A DNA stretch of 64,000 bases from an uncultured Oscillospiraceae bacterium (GCA_902490585.1 CABUEI010000004.1:2361-66360), one strand, 5' to 3'. Positions 48,627-61,042 are shown, numbered from the stretch's first letter. The notes: generated by a model from the letters alone, not told the origin. Translations and numbers: made by a program.

Positions 48627-51600
48627 ATGAAGACGCTTTTTAACAATGGCTGGAGCTTTGCAAAGACAAAAGCGGACGACAACCTTGAAAATGATTGGAA
48701 CGCTGATTATAAGCCGATTGACATTCCGCACGACTGGCTTATCTACAACGCAAAAGACCTTTATGAAACCTCATTCGGACGCTACATAAAGACCTTTGAT
48801 TTCGGCAAGGTAAGTGATAAAAGCATACGCCTTTATTTTGAGGGCGTTTATATGGATTGTACCGTTTATGTAAACGAAGAGGTTGCGGGCGAAAATAAGT
48901 ACGGTTACAGCACGTTTGAAGTAGACCTTACAGGTAAGCTTCACGATGGCGAAAACGAGATAAAGGTGCTTGTAAGACACCGCAGTCCCAATACCCGTTG
49001 GTATTCGGGTGCAGGAATTTTCCGTGATGTTTATTTTATCGTTACAGAAAAGAGCTACCTTGCAACAGACGGCATATATTTCCATGCCGATAAAGCAGCG
49101 GATGGATTTGACGTAAAGCTGTCTGCTGAGATCGTAAACCCTGATGGATTAACGGCTGAATTTACACTGTCAAAAGGTAACGAAATTCTTTATTCGTCTG
49201 AACTCCCTGCTGAATCGGTAACCGCAGCCGCTTTTTCGCTGAATCATCTTTCCGATGATTATATATGGGATATCAACAGCCCGAATCTTTTGACTTTGTT
49301 GGTAAATCTTAAAAAAGACGGCAAGGTAATTGACAACTGTACACAAAATGTCGGACTGCGTGAAATCGAGTATAAGGCTGACAGCGGCTTTTATCTCAAC
49401 GGCAGACATATCAAGCTGAACGGTGTCTGTCTGCACCACGACCTCGGCTGTCTTGGTGCGGCGTTCAATAAGTCTGCGGCAAGAAGACAGCTTCAGAGTA
49501 TGCTTGACATGGGCGTAAATTCTGTAAGAACTTCTCATAACCCGCCTGCAAAGGCTTTCATGGAGCTTTGTGACGAGATGGGTATGCTTGTTGACAGTGA
49601 AGCTTTTGATATGTGGGAGCGTCCCAAGACCGAGTTTGACTATGCCAGATTCTTTGACGAGTGGTATGAGAAAGACGTTGCCTCATGGATACGCCGTGAC
49701 AGAAATCACCCGAGCGTTATAATGTGGAGTGTCGGCAATGAGATATACGATACCCATGTTTCGCCTCGTGGTTGTGAAGTTTCTAAGATGCTACATACCG
49801 CAGTCAGAAAAAGTGATCCTCTTTGCAATGCACCCACAACCATAGGCTCTAACTATATGCCGTGGGAAGGTGCGCAAAATTGTGCAAAACAAGTCGATAT
49901 TGTGGGATATAATTACCTTGAAAGGCTGTATGAGCCGCATCATAAGGAGTATCCCGACTGGAAGATATACGGTAGCGAAACTACATCGGGAGTGAAGAGC
50001 AGAGGAGTGTATCATTTCCCGCTTGAGACCGCATTCTTAACCCATCCGGATATGCAGTGCTCGTCACTCGGAAACTGCCGTGCAGGTGCATCTGCCGATA
50101 CTGCTCAGAAGATAATAGCCTACAACCGTGACATAGATGTTTGTGCAGGAATGTATATATGGACAGGTAGCGATTATATAGGTGAACCGTCCCCATATTC
50201 TACCAAAAATTCATACTATGGTAATATCGACACGGCAGGGCTTCGTAAGGACAGTTTCTACCTTTATCAGTCGGCATGGACAGATAAACCTGTACTTCAC
50301 CTCATGCCTTACTGGGACTTCAACGACGGTCAGCTCATAGACGTAGTAGCATACACGAATATCGGAGATGTTGAGCTGTTTGTCAACGGCAGAAGCAGTG
50401 GTGTAAAGCACCCCGAGGAGTACACTGCAAGCTGGCAGATTCCTTATGAAAAGGGCGAGCTCAGAGTCAAGGCAACCGCCGCTGACGGCACGTTCTACGA
50501 AGATGTAAAGCGCTCTTTCGGTGACAGTGCTAAGATTGTTCTTTCCGCTTATAGCAACGCTGTAAAGGCAGACGGCGAGGATCTCGCTTTCATAACAGTA
50601 TCAACTGTTGATAAGAACGGAAACCCAGTAGAGAACGCACGGGACAGAATATTTCTTACGGTAGACGGCGGAAGACTTGTCGGCTTTGACAATGGCGACA
50701 GCATTGATTACGATAATTATAAATCGGCAAACCGCAGACTTTTCTCAGGTAAAGCGGTAGCATACATTGCGGCTGATACGACTGAGGGCAAGATTACAGT
50801 AACCGCCGAGGGCGAAGGACTTGAAAAGGCTGTTATTGTGATAGAAAAGCAAAAGTCGGAAATCAGAAACGGAATTTCAACACTTGAAAATATCATAAAT
50901 AATGATGGTTACACTATAGGTTCGGATATTCCTGTAAGAAAAATTGAGCTAACGAGGAGTACAGGTATAGAGCTGACACCTGATAATAACAACTGTGAAG
51001 TTAAAGCGTCAATATTGCCGACAAATGCCACAGATAGCAATTTGACATGGGAAATCGTTACGGCAAGCGGAATTGCAACCAATCTTGCGGCTATTACAGT
51101 CAGCGAAAATCGTCGCAGTGCTATTGTCAGTGCAAGCGGTGACGGAACGTTCAGATTACGTTGTAGTGCGAATAATAAAAGCGAATATCCTCAGGTTCTG
51201 TCCGAGTATGAATTTACTGCAAGCGGTTTTGGCAGACCTACTTTTGATCCTTATAATTTCGTAACTGCCTGCCTTTATTCCGACAGTATTTCACTGATGG
51301 ATGAGGTGCGTTGCGGCGGTGTAAGTATTACGTCAGATAACAACATAGTCGGATTTAAGAAGACGGATTTCGGAAAATACGGAACAGATGAATTCCTGGT
51401 CAGAATTATAAACTGGCACAAGGATTGTCCTTTCGGGTTCAGGCTCTGGGAGGGTTATCCCGGTGCGGACGGTTCCTCTCTTATCGGTGAATTCACCTAT
51501 CAGGCAAACTTCGAGTGGCAGACCTACAAGGACAACCATTATAAGCTTTCAAGCCGGCTGACAGGCGAAAAGGATATCTATTTCGAGTTTGACAAAACAG

Positions 51601-52013
51601 ATCTGCGTATCGACTTTGGCGGTTTCCTATTCACTCCTCGTCAGAAAGCTTATGAACGCCTTAACAGCGGTGATTGTGACCTTATACACGGTGATACCTA
51701 TACTAAAGACGGAACTAGCGTCAAGGGAATCGGAAACAATGTATTCCTTGACTTTGACGATATGAATTTTACAAAAGGTACAAGGCTGATCCGCATACAC
51801 GGTATGACACGTCACGATAATGATTCTATTCATATTCACTTCCATACGGAAAGCGGCAGAATAGAAGAAATACTCGAATTCCCAGGTTCTCTTATGCCAA
51901 TCACCGTATCACACAGATTACCTGATATTACAGGTAAAGTGAAGGTTGAATTCAGATTTCTGCCGGGTTGTGACTTCGATTTTGACTGGTTTGAAATCGA
52001 GCCTGAAGAATAA
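48627..52013 (+). CDS. Glycoside hydrolase family 2 (beta-galactosidase-like) with C-terminal Big_2 and carbohydrate-binding-like domains
   Basis: 1128 aa. GH2 sugar-binding and TIM-barrel motifs (NHPSVIMWSVGNE). C-terminal Ig-like and beta-sandwich domains. No signal peptide. Confidence 0.8.
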   Translation: MKTLFNNGWSFAKTKADDNLENDWNADYKPIDIPHDWLIYNAKDLYETSFGRYIKTFDFGKVSDKSIRLYFEGVYMDCTVYVNEEVAGENKYGYSTFEVDLTGKLHDGENEIKVLVRHRSPNTRWYSGAGIFRDVYFIVTEKSYLATDGIYFHADKAADGFDVKLSAEIVNPDGLTAEFTLSKGNEILYSSELPAESVTAAAFSLNHLSDDYIWDINSPNLLTLLVNLKKDGKVIDNCTQNVGLREIEYKADSGFYLNGRHIKLNGVCLHHDLGCLGAAFNKSAARRQLQSMLDMGVNSVRTSHNPPAKAFMELCDEMGMLVDSEAFDMWERPKTEFDYARFFDEWYEKDVASWIRRDRNHPSVIMWSVGNEIYDTHVSPRGCEVSKMLHTAVRKSDPLCNAPTTIGSNYMPWEGAQNCAKQVDIVGYNYLERLYEPHHKEYPDWKIYGSETTSGVKSRGVYHFPLETAFLTHPDMQCSSLGNCRAGASADTAQKIIAYNRDIDVCAGMYIWTGSDYIGEPSPYSTKNSYYGNIDTAGLRKDSFYLYQSAWTDKPVLHLMPYWDFNDGQLIDVVAYTNIGDVELFVNGRSSGVKHPEEYTASWQIPYEKGELRVKATAADGTFYEDVKRSFGDSAKIVLSAYSNAVKADGEDLAFITVSTVDKNGNPVENARDRIFLTVDGGRLVGFDNGDSIDYDNYKSANRRLFSGKAVAYIAADTTEGKITVTAEGEGLEKAVIVIEKQKSEIRNGISTLENIINNDGYTIGSDIPVRKIELTRSTGIELTPDNNNCEVKASILPTNATDSNLTWEIVTASGIATNLAAITVSENRRSAIVSASGDGTFRLRCSANNKSEYPQVLSEYEFTASGFGRPTFDPYNFVTACLYSDSISLMDEVRCGGVSITSDNNIVGFKKTDFGKYGTDEFLVRIINWHKDCPFGFRLWEGYPGADGSSLIGEFTYQANFEWQTYKDNHYKLSSRLTGEKDIYFEFDKTDLRIDFGGFLFTPRQKAYERLNSGDCDLIHGDTYTKDGTSVKGIGNNVFLDFDDMNFTKGTRLIRIHGMTRHDNDSIHIHFHTESGRIEEILEFPGSLMPITVSHRLPDITGKVKVEFRFLPGCDFDFDWFEIEPEE

Positions 52014-52042
52014 GTAAAGCAGATATTGCGGCATAATGCAAG

Positions 52043-52080
52043 TAACGACTGCCCGTACATCACGGACAGTCGTTATTTTG
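52043..52080 (+). terminator. Rho-independent terminator after the GH2 gene
   Basis: taacgactgcccgt / acggacagtcgtta stem (one mismatch) followed by TTTT. Confidence 0.65.
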
Positions 52081-52297
52081 CATATTTTGATGTTGCCTTA
52101 TTGTTTGTTCTGCCAAAAATATAGTCGGTAGAAACGTTGTAAAAATCTGCAAGTGTCAGCACGTGCTCAACGGGAATTGTCTGAAATCCACGTTCGTACC
52201 GTGAGTACACAGTCTGCTTTATTCCCAGTAGCTGAGCTATCTGCGTCTGATTTAAGTCCTTGTCTTCACGAAGGTCACGCAACCGCTGAAAATACAC
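52073..52297 (-). CDS. XRE family HTH transcriptional regulator (small)
   Basis: 74 aa; HTH_XRE (…LNQTQIAQLLGIKQTVYSRYERG…). Confidence 0.75.
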   Translation of the reverse strand: MYFQRLRDLREDKDLNQTQIAQLLGIKQTVYSRYERGFQTIPVEHVLTLADFYNVSTDYIFGRTNNKATSKYAK

Positions 52298-52358
52298 AAA
52301 TCCATCTCCTTAAACCTGTAAATCTCATTGAAAGTAAACTTAGAACCTGACGGTACTA

Positions 52359-52387
52359 TTGACTTTATCACATTTAAGCGGTATAAT
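52359..52387 (+). promoter_or_regulatory. Sigma-A promoter
   Basis: TTGACT (52359-52364), 17-nt spacer, TATAAT (52382-52387). Confidence 0.55.
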
Positions 52388-52436
52388 GATTAAAATAGTA
52401 CTTATTAGTACTAAAGAGAGGACGAGCGTGGGAGTA

Positions 52437-53258
52437 ATGAATACGCATTATATTGATAATTCGTACGAAATGGTAATTTTCTCTGTATTGGTTGTATTTT
52501 TGCTTTTCATTACAGTTTTATTCATTTTGCTTGCAAGAAAAGTGCTACATAAAAGAGAAAAAGAAAAGAGCTCGGCAAACAAGTCGAGGAATAATAAAAA
52601 TACAATAACGGACTTCAAAACAGATAATATCGAAAATGCTTGGCACACAGAAAAACAAATTGCCGATGAACAGTTTAATAAAGCACAAATAACAGGCAGG
52701 GATAAGTATATTTCAGTTTATCGCAATGAACTGGAGCTGATAAGCTTGCTCAGGTGGAATGAAACGCAGTCGGACGCTTCAAGCGTGGGCGAAATAACCG
52801 GAGAAGCGGACTGTAATGAAAGTGATATCGCCGATATTAAACGTAGAATCAGTGAAATTAACAGCAAAGTTATTGATTATTCTGATATAAAAGGTAAATT
52901 CTCGTTGCTTGATATTTCTGATATTTGTTGTAATATCACTGACGGCGGAAATTTTTCGGTTACGGCGGATGTTACTGTTGGAAAAGCGTACCGTGACTTA
53001 TGCGAACATACAGTGCTTGACGGTTCGCTTAAAGTTATCGTTACCGACAGTAACGGAGTACAGGTAGGACACGGCTATTTGTGTGCGAACGGTTTTAATG
53101 AGATTGATTCGGGAAAAGTCGGCTTTGCTTGTTACGACGGCAACAGCAGAATTCATAAGCTCAGTGCTTTGTGCATTGCCGATAACAAAAATTTTGATAA
53201 AAATCAAAAGTACTATGTGTCGGTTGAGCCATATCGGTTGTGGACGTTAGAAAGATAA
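52437..53258 (+). CDS. Hypothetical single-pass membrane protein with a Cys-rich extracytoplasmic domain
   Basis: ATG 52437 lies downstream of the 52359-52387 promoter; one N-terminal TM helix (VIFSVLVVFLLFITVLFILLA); no recognisable family. Confidence 0.5.
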   Translation: MNTHYIDNSYEMVIFSVLVVFLLFITVLFILLARKVLHKREKEKSSANKSRNNKNTITDFKTDNIENAWHTEKQIADEQFNKAQITGRDKYISVYRNELELISLLRWNETQSDASSVGEITGEADCNESDIADIKRRISEINSKVIDYSDIKGKFSLLDISDICCNITDGGNFSVTADVTVGKAYRDLCEHTVLDGSLKVIVTDSNGVQVGHGYLCANGFNEIDSGKVGFACYDGNSRIHKLSALCIADNKNFDKNQKYYVSVEPYRLWTLER

Positions 53259-53270
53259 CAATATTGTATT

Positions 53271-53296
53271 AAGGGCGGTGTTATCCGCCTTTTTGT
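53271..53296 (+). terminator. Rho-independent terminator
   Basis: aagggcgg / ccgccttt stem, tgttat loop, T-run. Confidence 0.7.
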
Positions 53297-53425
53297 TTTA
53301 TATACATATAAACAAGGAATATGCTCATATAAATTTTATATAGCAAAATCGGCATTTTGACATATTTTCGGTTAAAACAACGATACGAAAATGAGAATTA
53401 AGATAAAAGTTAAGCGATTTTTCTA

Positions 53426-53454
53426 TTGACTTTGCCCTTTATATGTGGTACAAT
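53426..53454 (+). promoter_or_regulatory. Sigma-A promoter of rpoB (long structured leader)
   Basis: TTGACT (53426-53431), 17-nt spacer, TGgTACAAT (-10 at 53449-53454); about 137-nt leader. Confidence 0.55.
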
Positions 53455-53591
53455 ACTAAAATGTATCATAATGGATTGATATGCGTTCAGGCTTAGCACG
53501 CATTAAGTCAGAAAGTGCCGAAAAGCCCTGTATTATGCGGAATAAGCGGACGTATGGATTTCTGTGAATAAATTAAGGAGTGGTAAAGCCC

Positions 53592-56500
53592 ATGGTGAAT
53601 GTCAAGCAGGTAAAACTGGGTAGAAATACCCGTATGAGTTTTTCCAAAATCAATGAAGTTCAGAAAATGCCGAACCTCATTGAAATTCAGAAGGACTCGT
53701 ATCAGTGGTTCTTGGACGAGGGTATAAAGGAAGTATTCAAGGATATTTCTTCTATTTCCGATGCTAACGGCAAGCTGGTACTGAGTTTCGTTGATTATCG
53801 TCTCGACGAAAACCCGAAGTATACTATAGAGGAGTGCAAGGAACGTGACACAACGTACGCCGCACCTCTTCGTGTAAAAGCACAGCTCAGAAACACCGAA
53901 ACGGGTGAAGTTGTTGAAAATGAAATATTCATGGGCGACTTCCCTCTGATGACTGACAGCGGTACTTTCGTAATCAACGGTGCAGAGCGTGTTATAGTAT
54001 CACAGCTCGTTCGTTCTCCCGGCGTTTATTACGGCTTTGACTACGATAAAACGGGTAAGAAGTTATTCAAGTCAACTGTTATACCCAACAGAGGTGCATG
54101 GCTTGAATACGAGATGGATTCCAATGACATCTTCTATGTCCGTATAGATAAGAACAGAAAGATACCTGCCACAACATTTATCCGTGCGCTCGGTATCAGC
54201 AGTGACGACGACCTCGTTGATCTGTTCGGCGAAGACCCCAGAATTGTTCAGACAATTCAGGAAAAGGACGCTACAAAGAATACCGAAGAAGCTCTTCTCG
54301 AAGTCTACAGGAAGTTAAGACCCGGCGAACCTCCGACGGTTGATTCAGCCAATACACATCTTAACAACCTGTTCTTTGACGCTAAGAGATATGATCTTGC
54401 CAGATTCGGTCGTTACAAATACAACAAGAAACTCGGCGTTGCATCAAGAATTGCTGGTCATAAGGCTGCTCAGCCGATTATTGACCCCACAACAGGCGAA
54501 ATCCTTGTTGACGAGAATGAGTTCATCAACGCTGAAAAGGCACAGGCAGTTGAGCAGGCAGGTGTTAAGGAATGCGTAATCTTCTCAGAAGAAAAGATTG
54601 CCAAGGTTCTCGGTAACGGTATGGTTGACATTGCAGGATATATTCCTGAGTCAATTGACGCTGAGGCACTCGGTATCAACGAGAAGGTATGCTTCAAGGT
54701 TCTGCGTGAAATCCTTGACAAGTGCGGCGATGATGTTGAAGCACTTACCGAAGAGCTTTCAAACAGAGTTGACGATCTTATTCCAAAGCACATCACTCTT
54801 GACGATATATTTGCAACAGTTAGCTATTTCATCAACCTTTGCGAAGGCGTCGGTGAAGTTGATGATATCGACCATCTCGGAAACAGACGTATCCGTAGCG
54901 TAGGTGAACTGTTACAGAACCAGTTCAGAATCGGTTTTGCAAGAATGGAAAGAGTTATCCGTGAGCGTATGGGACTTCAGTCTCAGGAAGGCGACAAGGT
55001 AACTCCCAATGCACTTATAAATATCCGTCCTGTTGTAGCGGCTATCAAGGAATTCTTTGGTTCTTCACCGCTTTCACAGTTCATGGATCAGAATAACCCC
55101 CTTGCAGAGCTTACTCATAAGAGAAGACTTTCAGCCCTCGGCCCCGGCGGTCTTTCACGTGACCGTGCAAGTTTCGAGGTTCGAGATGTTCACTACTCTC
55201 ACTACGGAAGAATGTGTCCTATCGAAACTCCTGAAGGTCCTAACATCGGTCTTATCTCTTATCTTGCATCTTTCGCAAAAATCAACAAGTACGGCTTTAT
55301 TGAAGCTCCTTATCGTAAGGTTGACAAGGAAACAGGCGTTGTACTTGACGAAGTAACATATATGACTGCCGATATGGAGGATAACTACGTTGTAGCTCAG
55401 GCTAACGAACCTCTTGACGAGCAGGGCAGATTTGCAAGAAAGCGTGTTAATGCACGTTTCCGTGAGGAAATCCTCGAAGTTGACCGTGACAGAGTAGACT
55501 ACATGGACGTATCTCCTAAGATGGTTGTATCTGTTGCTACTGCAATGATTCCGTTCCTTGAAAACGATGACGCAAACCGTGCACTGATGGGTGCGAACAT
55601 GCAGCGTCAGGCGGTTCCGCTGATGGTAACACAGAATCCTATCGTAGGAACAGGTATGGAATATAAGGCAGCTGTTGATTCAGGTGCTGTTGTAGTTGCC
55701 AAGGAAGACGGTGTTGTTACAAAGTGCAGTGCCGATGAGATAGTTGTTACAGACAACAACGGTATTGAGCACACATACAAGCTTATTAAGTTCAAGCGTT
55801 CAAACCAGGGCACCTGCGTAAACCAGCGTCCTGCCGTTTCAAAGGGCATGGAGATCAAGGTAGGCGATGTTCTTGCTGACGGTCCCGCTACAAGCCAGGG
55901 TGAGATTTCACTCGGTAAGAATGCTCTTATCGGCTTCATGACATGGGAAGGTTACAACTACGAGGACGCCGTTCTCATCAATGAGAAGCTTGTTTACAAT
56001 GATGTTTACACATCTATTCATATAGAAGAATACGAACTCGAATGCCGTGATACAAAGCTCGGACCGGAAGAAATCACAAGAGAAATCCCCAATGTATCGG
56101 AAGATGCACTGAAGGATCTCGATGAACGTGGTATCATCCGTATCGGTGCTGAGGTTCACTCAGGCGATATCATGGTAGGTAAGGTTACACCCAAGGGTGA
56201 AACAGAGCTCACAGCAGAAGAAAGACTTCTCCGTGCAATCTTCGGTGATAAGGCAAGAGAAGTAAGAGATAATTCACTCCGTGTTCCTCACGGCGAAAGC
56301 GGTATCATCGTTGATGTAAAGGTGTTCACAAGACAGAACTGTGATGAACTTTCACCCGGAGTAAATATGGTTGTAAGATGCTATATTGCTCAGAAGCGTA
56401 AGATTTCAGTCGGTGATAAGATGGCCGGTCGTCACGGTAACAAGGGTGTCGTTTCCCGTATCTTAAAGCAGGAAGATATGCCTTTTCTTCCCGACGGTAC

Positions 56501-57380
56501 TCCTCTTGATATAGTACTGAACCCCCTCGGCGTTCCTTCACGAATGAACATCGGTCAGGTACTTGAAGTACACCTCGGTTATGCTTGTAAGGCTCTTGAC
56601 TGGCAGATAATGACCCCTGTATTTGACGGTGCACACGAAGCGGACATCAGAGCTTGCTTTGAAAAGGCAGAAGCCGAGCGTGCAAACTACAAGGATAAGG
56701 ATACAGCAAAGATCGACTTCTCCAAGATTCCTATGCGTCCCGACTGCAAGACTCAGCTTACTGACGGTCGTACAGGTGAGAAGTTTGACAGCCCTGTAAC
56801 AGTAGGTTATATGTACTACCTCAAGCTCCACCACCTTGTAGACGATAAGATTCACGCACGTTCAACTGGTCCTTACTCACTGGTTACACAGCAGCCTCTC
56901 GGCGGTAAGGCTCAGTTCGGCGGACAGCGTTTCGGTGAAATGGAAGTTTGGGCACTCGAGGCTTACGGTGCGGCTTATACACTGCAGGAAATTCTGACAG
57001 TAAAGTCGGATGATATCGTAGGACGTGTAAAGACCTATGAGGCTATCGTAAAGGGCGATCCCGTTCCTAAGGCAGGCGTTCCCGAGAGCTTCAAGGTTCT
57101 GTTCAAGGAACTTCAGTCACTTGGTCTTGATATCAAGGTTCTTGATGCAGATAAGAACGAAATCGACCTCAGACAGACTTATGAAGAGGACGATGAATAC
57201 GGTCAGGCAGCCGGTGAAGACACATTTGACTATGTAGCTGAAGACGGTTCACTTGATGACGGATTCATCACACAGGATATTGACGAAGACAGCGATTTCT
57301 ATGCCGATAAGGATGAGGAAGATGATTTTGACATCGACTTCAACGAGAATGACGCAGACGACACCATTGACGGTGAATAA
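53592..57380 (+). CDS. rpoB: DNA-directed RNA polymerase subunit beta
   Basis: ATG 53592 with AAGGAG 11 nt upstream; the ORF track's GTG at 53580 overlaps the ribosome-binding site. All RpoB conserved regions are present; the C-terminus carries an approximately 60-aa acidic extension. Confidence 0.95.
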   Translation: MVNVKQVKLGRNTRMSFSKINEVQKMPNLIEIQKDSYQWFLDEGIKEVFKDISSISDANGKLVLSFVDYRLDENPKYTIEECKERDTTYAAPLRVKAQLRNTETGEVVENEIFMGDFPLMTDSGTFVINGAERVIVSQLVRSPGVYYGFDYDKTGKKLFKSTVIPNRGAWLEYEMDSNDIFYVRIDKNRKIPATTFIRALGISSDDDLVDLFGEDPRIVQTIQEKDATKNTEEALLEVYRKLRPGEPPTVDSANTHLNNLFFDAKRYDLARFGRYKYNKKLGVASRIAGHKAAQPIIDPTTGEILVDENEFINAEKAQAVEQAGVKECVIFSEEKIAKVLGNGMVDIAGYIPESIDAEALGINEKVCFKVLREILDKCGDDVEALTEELSNRVDDLIPKHITLDDIFATVSYFINLCEGVGEVDDIDHLGNRRIRSVGELLQNQFRIGFARMERVIRERMGLQSQEGDKVTPNALINIRPVVAAIKEFFGSSPLSQFMDQNNPLAELTHKRRLSALGPGGLSRDRASFEVRDVHYSHYGRMCPIETPEGPNIGLISYLASFAKINKYGFIEAPYRKVDKETGVVLDEVTYMTADMEDNYVVAQANEPLDEQGRFARKRVNARFREEILEVDRDRVDYMDVSPKMVVSVATAMIPFLENDDANRALMGANMQRQAVPLMVTQNPIVGTGMEYKAAVDSGAVVVAKEDGVVTKCSADEIVVTDNNGIEHTYKLIKFKRSNQGTCVNQRPAVSKGMEIKVGDVLADGPATSQGEISLGKNALIGFMTWEGYNYEDAVLINEKLVYNDVYTSIHIEEYELECRDTKLGPEEITREIPNVSEDALKDLDERGIIRIGAEVHSGDIMVGKVTPKGETELTAEERLLRAIFGDKAREVRDNSLRVPHGESGIIVDVKVFTRQNCDELSPGVNMVVRCYIAQKRKISVGDKMAGRHGNKGVVSRILKQEDMPFLPDGTPLDIVLNPLGVPSRMNIGQVLEVHLGYACKALDWQIMTPVFDGAHEADIRACFEKAEAERANYKDKDTAKIDFSKIPMRPDCKTQLTDGRTGEKFDSPVTVGYMYYLKLHHLVDDKIHARSTGPYSLVTQQPLGGKAQFGGQRFGEMEVWALEAYGAAYTLQEILTVKSDDIVGRVKTYEAIVKGDPVPKAGVPESFKVLFKELQSLGLDIKVLDADKNEIDLRQTYEEDDEYGQAAGEDTFDYVAEDGSLDDGFITQDIDEDSDFYADKDEEDDFDIDFNENDADDTIDGE

Positions 57381-57454
57381 GCGTAAGGCATTGACAGGAA
57401 AGCGTGTGCGAAAAACACACATAAACTTCTATAGAAAGAATTGAGGTCTGTAAA

Positions 57455-60400
57455 TTGGCATATAAAACATTTGATTCAATGAAGATCGGTCTTGCTTCTC
57501 CGGATCAGATCCGTGCATGGAGCTACGGCGTTGTTGAGCGTCCCGAAACAATCAACTACAGAACACAGAAGCCTGAAAGAGGCGGTCTGTATTGCGAAAG
57601 AATATTCGGACCTACGAAGGACTGGGAGTGCTCTTGCGGTAAGTACAAGAGAATCCGCTTTAAAGGTAAAATATGCGAGCGTTGCGGTGTTGAAGTAACA
57701 CGCAATAAGGTTAGACGTGAGCGTATGGGTCATATTGAACTTGCGGCTCCCGTATCGCATATCTGGTATTTCAAGGGTACACCGAGCCGTATCGGTCAGG
57801 TGCTCGATATTTCACCCAAAAGACTTGAAGAAGTGCTTTACTTCACTAAGTATATTGTTGTAGATCCCGGCGACACAGTTCTCACAAAGAAGCAGATACT
57901 CACAGAAAAAGAGTATGCTGATATGAGAGAGCGTTATGAAGATGATTTCAGAGCAGAGATGGGTGCTGAGGCAATCAAGGAACTGCTTTGCGAAATTGAT
58001 CTTGACAAGCTTTCTGAAGAACTGAAAAAGGAACTTGAAGATACACAGCAGGGTCAGAAGAGAGTCAAGTTACTCAAGAGACTGGACGTTATTGAGGCGT
58101 TCAGGCTCAGCGGTAACCGTCCCGAATGGATGATTCTTGACTGTATCCCCGTAATTCCTCCGGATCTGCGTCCTATGGTCATGCTGGATGGCGGCAGATT
58201 TGCAACATCTGACCTGAATGACCTGTACAGACGTGTTATCAACAGAAACAACCGTCTTACAAAGATGAAGGAGTTACACGCTCCCGATATCATTATCAGA
58301 AACGAAAAGAGAATGTTACAGGAAGCTGTTGACGCTCTTATTGATAACGGCAGACACGGCAGAGCGGTAACCGGTCCTTCAAACCGTCCTTTAAAGTCAC
58401 TTTCAGATATGTTAAAGGGTAAGCAGGGACGTTTCCGTCAGAACCTTCTCGGTAAGCGTGTTGACTACTCCGGACGTTCTGTTATCGTCGTTGGTCCTGA
58501 TCTCAAAATGGATCAGTGCGGTCTTCCTAAGGAAATGGCTATCGAGCTGTTCAAGCCTTTCGTAATGAAGGAACTTGACAAGCGTGGTATTGCCAACAAT
58601 ATAAAGAGCGCCAGAAAGATGGTCGAGCAGGCCAAGGATCCTGCTGTATGGGATGCACTTGAAGAAGTAATCAAGGATCACCCCGTACTTCTTAACCGTG
58701 CACCTACACTTCACAGACTCGGTATCCAGGCATTCATGCCCGTACTGGTTGAAGGTCGTGCAATAAAGCTTCATCCTCTGGTTTGTACAGCGTTCAACGC
58801 CGACTTCGACGGTGACCAGATGGCTGTACATCTTCCTCTGTCGGAAGAAGCTCAGAATGAGGCAAGAACACTTATGCTTGCCGCAAAGAACCTGTTAAAG
58901 CCGTCTGACGGACGTCCTGTGACCGTTCCTACGCAGGATATGGTACTTGGTTCTTACTATCTGACAATCGATAAGCCCGGCGAAAAGGGCGAGGGTAAGG
59001 TATTCCGTGACTTCAACGAGGCTATTATGGCTTACAACGAAGGCGATATCACAATCCACTCTGCTATCAAGGTAAGAGTAACAAAGGATGTCGGCGGAGA
59101 TCACCCCGAAACAAAGATAATAAATGCTACAGTTGGTCGTATTCTCTTCAACGAACATATTCCTCAGGATTTAGGCTTCGTTGACAGAAACGATCCCGAA
59201 AAGAAGTTCGACCTTGAAATCGGATTCAAGGTAAGAAAAAAAGAGCTCGGACAGATTATCGACAAGTGCCTTAAAGTTCACGGTACTCCCATGACGGCAC
59301 AGGTTCTCGATAAGATCAAGGCTATGGGCTATAAGTACTCTACAAAGGCTGCTATCACAGTTGCTGTTTGCGATGCTACTATACCGCCCGAAAAGAAGGA
59401 TATCCTCGCCGATGCAGATGCTAAGGTGCAGGAAATCAACGAGTACTTCAACAACGGTTTCATTTCAAACGCTGAAAGAAAATCTGCCGTACTCGGTGTA
59501 TGGAACCAGGCTACAGCTGACGTTACCACTGCACTGACTAAGGGTCTTGACGATTACAACCCCATCTATATGATGGCTGACTCGGGAGCCCGTGGTAGTA
59601 CAAACCAGATAAGACAGCTCGCAGGTATGCGTGGACTTATCGCAAACACATCGGGTGAAACAATCGAAATCCCGATCAGAGCTAACTATCGTGAAGGTCT
59701 TAACATCCTCGAATACTTCATTTCTTCAAGAGGTGCGAGAAAAGGTCTTGCCGATACAGCGTTAAGAACAGCCGACTCAGGTTACCTCACAAGACGTCTT
59801 GTTGACGTATCGCAGGAAGTTATCGTAAGAACAGACGACTGCGGTACGACTGACGGTATCGACATTTACGAAATCCGTGAAGGTAAGGAACTTATCGAAT
59901 CGCTTGAAGAACGTCTCACAGGCAGATATCTTGCAGAAGATTTCATAGGTCCCGACGGTGAGGTTCTCGTTTCAAAGGATAAGCTTATGACTGAAGCTGA
60001 CGCCAAGGCAATTGTTGCTACAGGCGCAACAACAGTAAAGATCCGTTCAGTTCTTACCTGCCATGCAGAACACGGCGTTTGTGCCAAGTGTTACGGTTCA
60101 TCACTTGCTAACGGCAAGAAGATTACAATAGGCGAGGCTGTTGGTATCATCGCTGCTCAGTCAATCGGTGAGCCCGGCACACAGCTTACAATGAGAACGT
60201 TCCATACTGGTGGAATCGCATCTGCAGAAGATATTACTCAGGGTCTTCCCAGAGTAGAAGAACTGTTTGAGTCACGCCGCCCCAAGAATGCTGCTATCAT
60301 GGCTAAGCACAGCGGTAAGACAAGAATAGATGAGATAAAGAAGACAAGACACGTTATTATCACTACTGAGGACGGAGAAGAACATCCTTATCCCGTACCT

Positions 60401-61042
60401 TTCGGCTATAAGCTGAGAATACAGGACGGCGATTACATCAAGGCAGGCGAAACACTTACCGAAGGTAGTGTAAATCCTCACGATGTACTTGAAGTCAAGG
60501 GCGAAGAGGCAGTTCAGAACTACATCATTGCCGAAGTACAGAAGGTATATCGCTTACAGGGTGTTGATATCAATGATAAGCATATCGAAGTTATTGTTCG
60601 TCAGATGATGAGAAAGGTTCGTGTAACGGATCCCGGTAGCAGTTATCTGCTTCCCGGCTCGGTTATCGATAAGACAGAACTTGTCAAGGTTAACAGCGAG
60701 CTTGAAGAACGCAGAGAAGCAGGTGAGCAGATCGAGCCTGTACAGTGCGAAGCTGTTCTTCTCGGTATCACAAAGGCATCGCTTGCAACCGACAGCTTTA
60801 TGTCAGCCGCATCATTCCAGGAAACAACAAGAGTTCTTACCGACGCTGCAATTCACGGCAAGGTAGATCCTCTGCTGGGTCTGAAGGAAAATGTAATCAT
60901 CGGTAAACTGATTCCTGCCGGAACAGGTCTTGAGGCTATGGAGAAGGAAAAGGAAGAAAGAGAAAAAGCAGCTGAATCCGAGAATGAATCGGAAGACGCT
61001 GAGTCTGATGATGAAGTAATTGGCGAAAATGCACAAAACTAA
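57455..61042 (+). CDS. rpoC: DNA-directed RNA polymerase subunit beta'
   Basis: TTG start with GAGG 7 nt upstream; zinc-finger CxxC…CxxC; NADFDGD catalytic motif; acidic C-terminal tail. Confidence 0.95.
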   Translation: MAYKTFDSMKIGLASPDQIRAWSYGVVERPETINYRTQKPERGGLYCERIFGPTKDWECSCGKYKRIRFKGKICERCGVEVTRNKVRRERMGHIELAAPVSHIWYFKGTPSRIGQVLDISPKRLEEVLYFTKYIVVDPGDTVLTKKQILTEKEYADMRERYEDDFRAEMGAEAIKELLCEIDLDKLSEELKKELEDTQQGQKRVKLLKRLDVIEAFRLSGNRPEWMILDCIPVIPPDLRPMVMLDGGRFATSDLNDLYRRVINRNNRLTKMKELHAPDIIIRNEKRMLQEAVDALIDNGRHGRAVTGPSNRPLKSLSDMLKGKQGRFRQNLLGKRVDYSGRSVIVVGPDLKMDQCGLPKEMAIELFKPFVMKELDKRGIANNIKSARKMVEQAKDPAVWDALEEVIKDHPVLLNRAPTLHRLGIQAFMPVLVEGRAIKLHPLVCTAFNADFDGDQMAVHLPLSEEAQNEARTLMLAAKNLLKPSDGRPVTVPTQDMVLGSYYLTIDKPGEKGEGKVFRDFNEAIMAYNEGDITIHSAIKVRVTKDVGGDHPETKIINATVGRILFNEHIPQDLGFVDRNDPEKKFDLEIGFKVRKKELGQIIDKCLKVHGTPMTAQVLDKIKAMGYKYSTKAAITVAVCDATIPPEKKDILADADAKVQEINEYFNNGFISNAERKSAVLGVWNQATADVTTALTKGLDDYNPIYMMADSGARGSTNQIRQLAGMRGLIANTSGETIEIPIRANYREGLNILEYFISSRGARKGLADTALRTADSGYLTRRLVDVSQEVIVRTDDCGTTDGIDIYEIREGKELIESLEERLTGRYLAEDFIGPDGEVLVSKDKLMTEADAKAIVATGATTVKIRSVLTCHAEHGVCAKCYGSSLANGKKITIGEAVGIIAAQSIGEPGTQLTMRTFHTGGIASAEDITQGLPRVEELFESRRPKNAAIMAKHSGKTRIDEIKKTRHVIITTEDGEEHPYPVPFGYKLRIQDGDYIKAGETLTEGSVNPHDVLEVKGEEAVQNYIIAEVQKVYRLQGVDINDKHIEVIVRQMMRKVRVTDPGSSYLLPGSVIDKTELVKVNSELEERREAGEQIEPVQCEAVLLGITKASLATDSFMSAASFQETTRVLTDAAIHGKVDPLLGLKENVIIGKLIPAGTGLEAMEKEKEEREKAAESENESEDAESDDEVIGENAQN

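Noticed and set aside
53580-53591. GTG start for rpoB at 53580
   Set aside because: The GTG directly abuts the AAGGAG Shine-Dalgarno (zero spacing). ATG 53592 has 11-nt spacing and matches conserved RpoB N-termini.
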